The notes beneath the pieces were generated by a model that worked only from the letters and a program-made list of their open reading frames with translations, made no database searches and was not told where the DNA came from. The translations under genes and the position numbers were made by a program. Shown here piece after piece: positions 59,153 to 64,000 of a stretch of 64,000 nucleotides of DNA. Position 1 is the first letter of the stretch, and the number at the start of each line of letters is the position of its first letter. Source of the DNA: Octopus vulgaris (taxonomy: Eukaryota). Location of the stretch: positions 40,176,001-40,240,000 of the forward strand of contig OX597839.1 in assembly GCA_951406725.2 (NCBI GenBank), given 5' to 3'.

Positions 59153-59471
59153 ATCTCTCTCTGTGGACAATTAAAGTGGGTACGCTAATTGTGATTAACT
59201 TCCAGTCTTGTCCACTTTAACCTATATTTTCTGTTCACGAAGTGGTTGTTGTGCGGAAGTTGAACACCTCTATTGTTTGGCTCCCAATGGACTGTGCCGC
59301 AATATAATTGGACATACGCAGAGAGCCTTCAAGAGCAGTGTAAAGCCGAGCGTTGCGTATTGTCGAGGGTTATAACCAGTATCTTGAGTAAAACGATTTG
59401 CAAGGACGTAATTATTACTCCGTTATATCGTACGTCGATCGTGCGATACAAAAATAACGATATTGTTTACA

Positions 59472-59860
59472 TCTCTCTCTATATAAACGGCAGTTTGTCT
59501 GTGCGTGTTTCTGTGTGTCTGTTTTCTCGTACCCTCACCCTGACCACGGCTTTCAACCGATTCTGATGAAACTTGACACACACATAGCCCAATGTCATAA
59601 TTCAAAACTAACGCAGCGAAAATTTTGAAAAGTTAACCCCAGTTCTGAAAAAAATCGATAAATTCGACATGGGGTCGAGAATCAAAAAAAAACAAACCAC
59701 AGACTGTCTAGGGGACGCAACTCAACCTTTTTTTACTCTCAAAAAAAAATTTACCATCATTTTTTTTCCATTTTTTTGCTATTTTTTGGCTATAACTCTC
59801 TAAAAATGCTTTATAGTTATTTCCCTTACAAACCTGAGCAACGCCGGGCGATACTGCTAG
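59472..59860 (+). mobile_element. Non-autonomous Helitron
   Basis: A|TC start, 3' hairpin cctgagcaacgccggg then CTAG|T; no TSD. Confidence 0.85.
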
Positions 59861-60812
59861 TCTAAATATAAGTGTAATTTTGAAAAGGCGTAGTTCTTTG
59901 GTTAAGGACCACAATTTGCAACCACGTGAATTTGTGTTTAGTACTACTGCGTGATACATTGGACAAGTTTCTTCAGCAATAACGTTGCGTCGACCGCTCC
60001 TTAAAATGTGACCGATCGAGCCTTATTTCCCTTCAAGAATTTCATGATTGATGGGAATTTGGGTCATTCTATCCCACAGACTACTCTTTGAAATTTTATC
60101 AAGCCAATCCCAAAGATCATGAGGATGTAGCGCTGACATGTGTTTACGAAGGTCAATAGCTACCGCTTTATAGCTTGGTTACCGTCCAAGTTTCTGACCC
60201 TTAAAGGAGAATGGCCTTGATATTAGAATTGAAAATGAAGAGTTTCGCTTTGAGGGAGATGTGTTTAGAGTTCCAAAGTGGTCGCAAGCCTTTGAGAACA
60301 CAGCAAGCATTGCTCATCCTGGACCTCTGATTATTAAATAAAAATCCCTTCGGAGAGAAAGGGTCAGATGAGGCCTTCGTTATGTTCTATTCGAAGGAAT
60401 GTTTACCCCAATATTTAGTCTCTATTATGTATAGCTATGTTTGCTTCGATTATCATTGTTCCAAAAGAATTTTTTGCGTTCTCTCGAAGAAAATATGTGA
60501 GTATATACATATATATATATATACATTTATGTATATACATATTTATGTATATACATATATATATATATATATATACATAAATATACATATAGTCATACAT
60601 ACATATACATACATATTTGTATTTACGTATGTATTTACATACATACATACATATGTATATATATAAATACATACACACATATGTGTATATATATAAATAT
60701 ATATATATATATATGTGCTTATACATATATACATATTCGTATATACATATATATATATATATACGTACATATATATACGTACATATATTTCATACATACA
60801 TATATATATATC

Positions 60813-60844
<32 letters not shown>

Positions 60845-61213
60845 CATTACATACATACATTACACACATACATATGTATATGTTTATATATATATACATA
60901 TACATACATATATATATATATGTATATATGTATATCTGTGTGGATGTATGTATGTATACAATATTATATATATATATACATACATACAAATACCCAGTGA
61001 TGCACGAATATATACGTGTGCGGCCGGGCGATGGGGTAATTCTGGAATATGTCTCAACAGTATTCACCATATATACACCAGTTACAGTCAACAGTTTACT
61101 AGAATACATTTAATTATCCCCGCAGAGTCGTGGCCGGTTTGTTCTGTGCAGAGTCCGTTGTCTACTTTCTTTTTAACAACCTCGCATAAAACTACAACAC
61201 ATACATACACATA

Positions 61214-61300
<87 letters not shown>

Positions 61301-61483
61301 ATGGAGAGATAGAGACACACAGACACAGAATAACTGAAAGGTGGTGAAATCATGAAAATTAAAGTAGACTGAGGTTAAATTTTGTAAACGGTGATTGTCT
61401 AATAATGTGTATATACCATACATACTCGTGTGTGTGTGAGTGTATATACATTACGTATATATATATGTATATATATATTTATA

Positions 61484-61535
<52 letters not shown>

Positions 61536-61709
61536 CATTTATATATATGTGTGAGATGCAGATAGATATACGTTTATACATGTGCGCACATACGTCTATA
61601 TATTATACAACATAGACACATAGATGCATATATATATACATACATACACATATATATATACACATATATATATATTTGCGAGCGTGTGCGTGTATTTATA
61701 TATATATGT

Positions 61710-61820
<111 letters not shown>

Positions 61821-62279
61821 TATATATATGTGTGTGTGTCTGTGTATGCGTATGTATGTATATATATTTATATATGTGTGTGTTTATATGTATATGTATA
61901 TATATGTATATATGTGTGCGTATGTATATATGTATATTTATATGTGTATTTGTGAGTGTTTGTATATGCGGCTGTATAATTGTGCGTGATTTTATATGTG
62001 TGAGAAAATAATGACTCGAAGAGATATATAGAGATAGAAAGAAAGAAAATAGAGAGAGAGAGAGAGAGTGTGTGTTTAACGGGGAGAAATTGGGAGAGTG
62101 TGGGAGAGTGGTGGTGAGAGGGGAGGGAGAGATGATATCCATTGCTGCAAAATGACGAAAATAGTAACATGGCGACTGTGGAGTGACTAAATACTAGAGT
62201 TTATATGATATGTGTGTCTGGAGAATAGTTATATTTTAATTGTAGAAGGGGTTGGAAGGTGTGGGGGGGGGGGAATCTC

Positions 62280-62446
62280 GTGGTGATGGTTGCGGTGACT
62301 GTGATGTGAGCGATGATGCCTGGTAATGGTGATGTTGCTGATGTCGTTGAAGGTGATGATGATGAGGATGAGGATGATGAAGATGAAGTTGATGATGGTG
62401 ACGATGATGATGGTGATGATGATAATTTTGACGATGGTGACGATGG

Positions 62447-62477
<31 letters not shown>

Positions 62478-62521
62478 GATGATGATGATGATAGTGATGG
62501 TGGTGGTGGTGGTGATGATGG

Positions 62522-62553
<32 letters not shown>

Positions 62554-62717
62554 ATGATGGTGATGGTAAAGTCGACCACAGGAATGAATACTCTGTTGAT
62601 GATGATGGTGATGATGATGCTGACGCTGTTGTCGACGATTTGCATGATGGTGATGATGACGACGTCGCCGCCGACGAAGACGGCGAAAATGTTGATGATG
62701 GTGATGATGATGATGAC

Positions 62718-62749
<32 letters not shown>

Positions 62750-63140
62750 GAAGAAGACGATGACAATTTTGAAAATTATGATGAACAGGAGGATAAGGAG
62801 GAGGTGGAGGACGATGATGATGATTGTGATTGTCGTGGTTTGTACAATGGCGCCGGTCATGTTACTGACATTGTTGTTGGTGTCGGTGGTGGTGTCGGTG
62901 GTGGTGGCGGTAGTGGTTTGCTTATGCTAATTACTCGTCTTGCTGTTCTGTGTTAATTACCTTCGATGAAAGAGGGGGCGTTGTGGTTATTAGGTCTTTC
63001 TAATATCAAATCCCACCCAACCAACCATCAAGTCACCCTCCACCCCCAGTGGTAAATATAGAAACGGTGCTTGTAGTTGTTTTAGATGTTATTGTTGCTG
63101 TTGTTATAGTTTTTCTTTTGTTCATAAAATCAGCAATATT

Positions 63141-63187
<47 letters not shown>

Positions 63188-63231
63188 TATTATTATTATT
63201 ATTATTATTATCAGTATTATTAATATCATCA

Positions 63232-63268
<37 letters not shown>

Positions 63269-63286
63269 TATTATCATTATTATTAC

Positions 63287-63362
<76 letters not shown>
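62280..63362. repeat. (GAT)n/(GGT)n and (ATC)/(ATT)n arrays
   Basis: Directly visible. Confidence 0.85.
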
Positions 63363-63365
<3 letters not shown>

Positions 63366-63371
63366 AGTAAT

Positions 63372-63745
63372 AAGGTCTGCGAGCTAGCAGAAAATACTTC
63401 GCAGCATTCCGTCAGTCTTTAATTTCTGTGTTCAAACTCTATCGATGTCGACTTCACCTTCCACCCGTTTAAGGTAGACGATATAAGAATCAGTTGGGCG
63501 TTGGGCGGTCGATGTATTTGACTAGCTTCCTCGTGGAAGATTTCAGGCTTTGTAGGCAGAAAAGATTATCATCATAAGGGGTGAACTGGCAGAATCGCAA
63601 GCACGCCGAGCAAAATGCTCAGCAGTTTGTTGTCCATCGTTAATTTCTGATTTCAAATTCCACCAAGTTAGACTTTACTTTTCATCCTTTCGGGGTCGAT
63701 AAAATAAGTACCAATTAAGCACTGGGGTCGCTGTAATCGACTTAC
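63372..63745 (+). mobile_element. Two old diverged SINE family A copies (63372-63530, 63576-63745)
   Basis: gcgagctagcagaa...gtcgacttcaccttcca; ggtgaactggcagaatcg...ttcatcctttcggggtcgataaaataagtacc. Confidence 0.75.
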
Positions 63746-63891
63746 CACAACCTGAAGTTGCTGGCCTTGAGCAAAAAAATTTCTCTAGAGAACATTCTTT
63801 TCTTTGTGGTGAGATCGTAGATTATCTCCTTCTAGCGCATTGGATGTCCACTTAGTGGTAATCTCTTATTATACGCATGTATATATGTATG

Positions 63892-63961
<70 letters not shown>

Positions 63962-64000
63962 ACGCTGATGACAGGTCAATACCTAGAAACTGTAGTCCGT
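63962..64000 (+). ncRNA. Minimal type I hammerhead ribozyme with canonical core (may extend past the window end)
   Basis: ACG-CTGATGA-C-AGGT(CAAT)ACCT-A-GAAA-CT(GT)AG-TC^-CGT: all core nucleotides present, GUC cleavage triplet, stems I, II and III pair. Confidence 0.7.

Overview
Eukaryotic, AT-rich, extremely microsatellite-dense non-coding DNA ((TA)n, (CA)n, (TATC)n, (ATT)n, (ATC)n, (ACC)n). The repeat landscape most resembles a coleoid cephalopod (Octopus-like) intron or intergenic region; this is an inference from sequence character, not a database match. I can support no host protein-coding exon: most ORFs in the track are microsatellite translations or short unrecognisable frames, and the few recognisable ones are retroelement remnants. 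Recognisable content: (1) at least four SINE families (A, B, C, D here), with inverted pairs and a tandem trimer; (2) a decayed Penelope-like RT fossil, two RTE-clade LINE 3' ends, and three 5'-truncated Tx1/L1-like ends each embedded in (TATC)n; (3) mariner- and Tigger-like MITEs and non-autonomous Helitrons; (4) a mutated tRNA-Phe(GAA), a full-length U6 snRNA copy ending in (ATT)n, and a 19-bp minisatellite. The most notable signals are four minimal hammerhead-ribozyme-like motifs beside (TA)n tracts (the best-formed at 63962-64000), and an apparent partitioning of different microsatellite types among different retroelement families.
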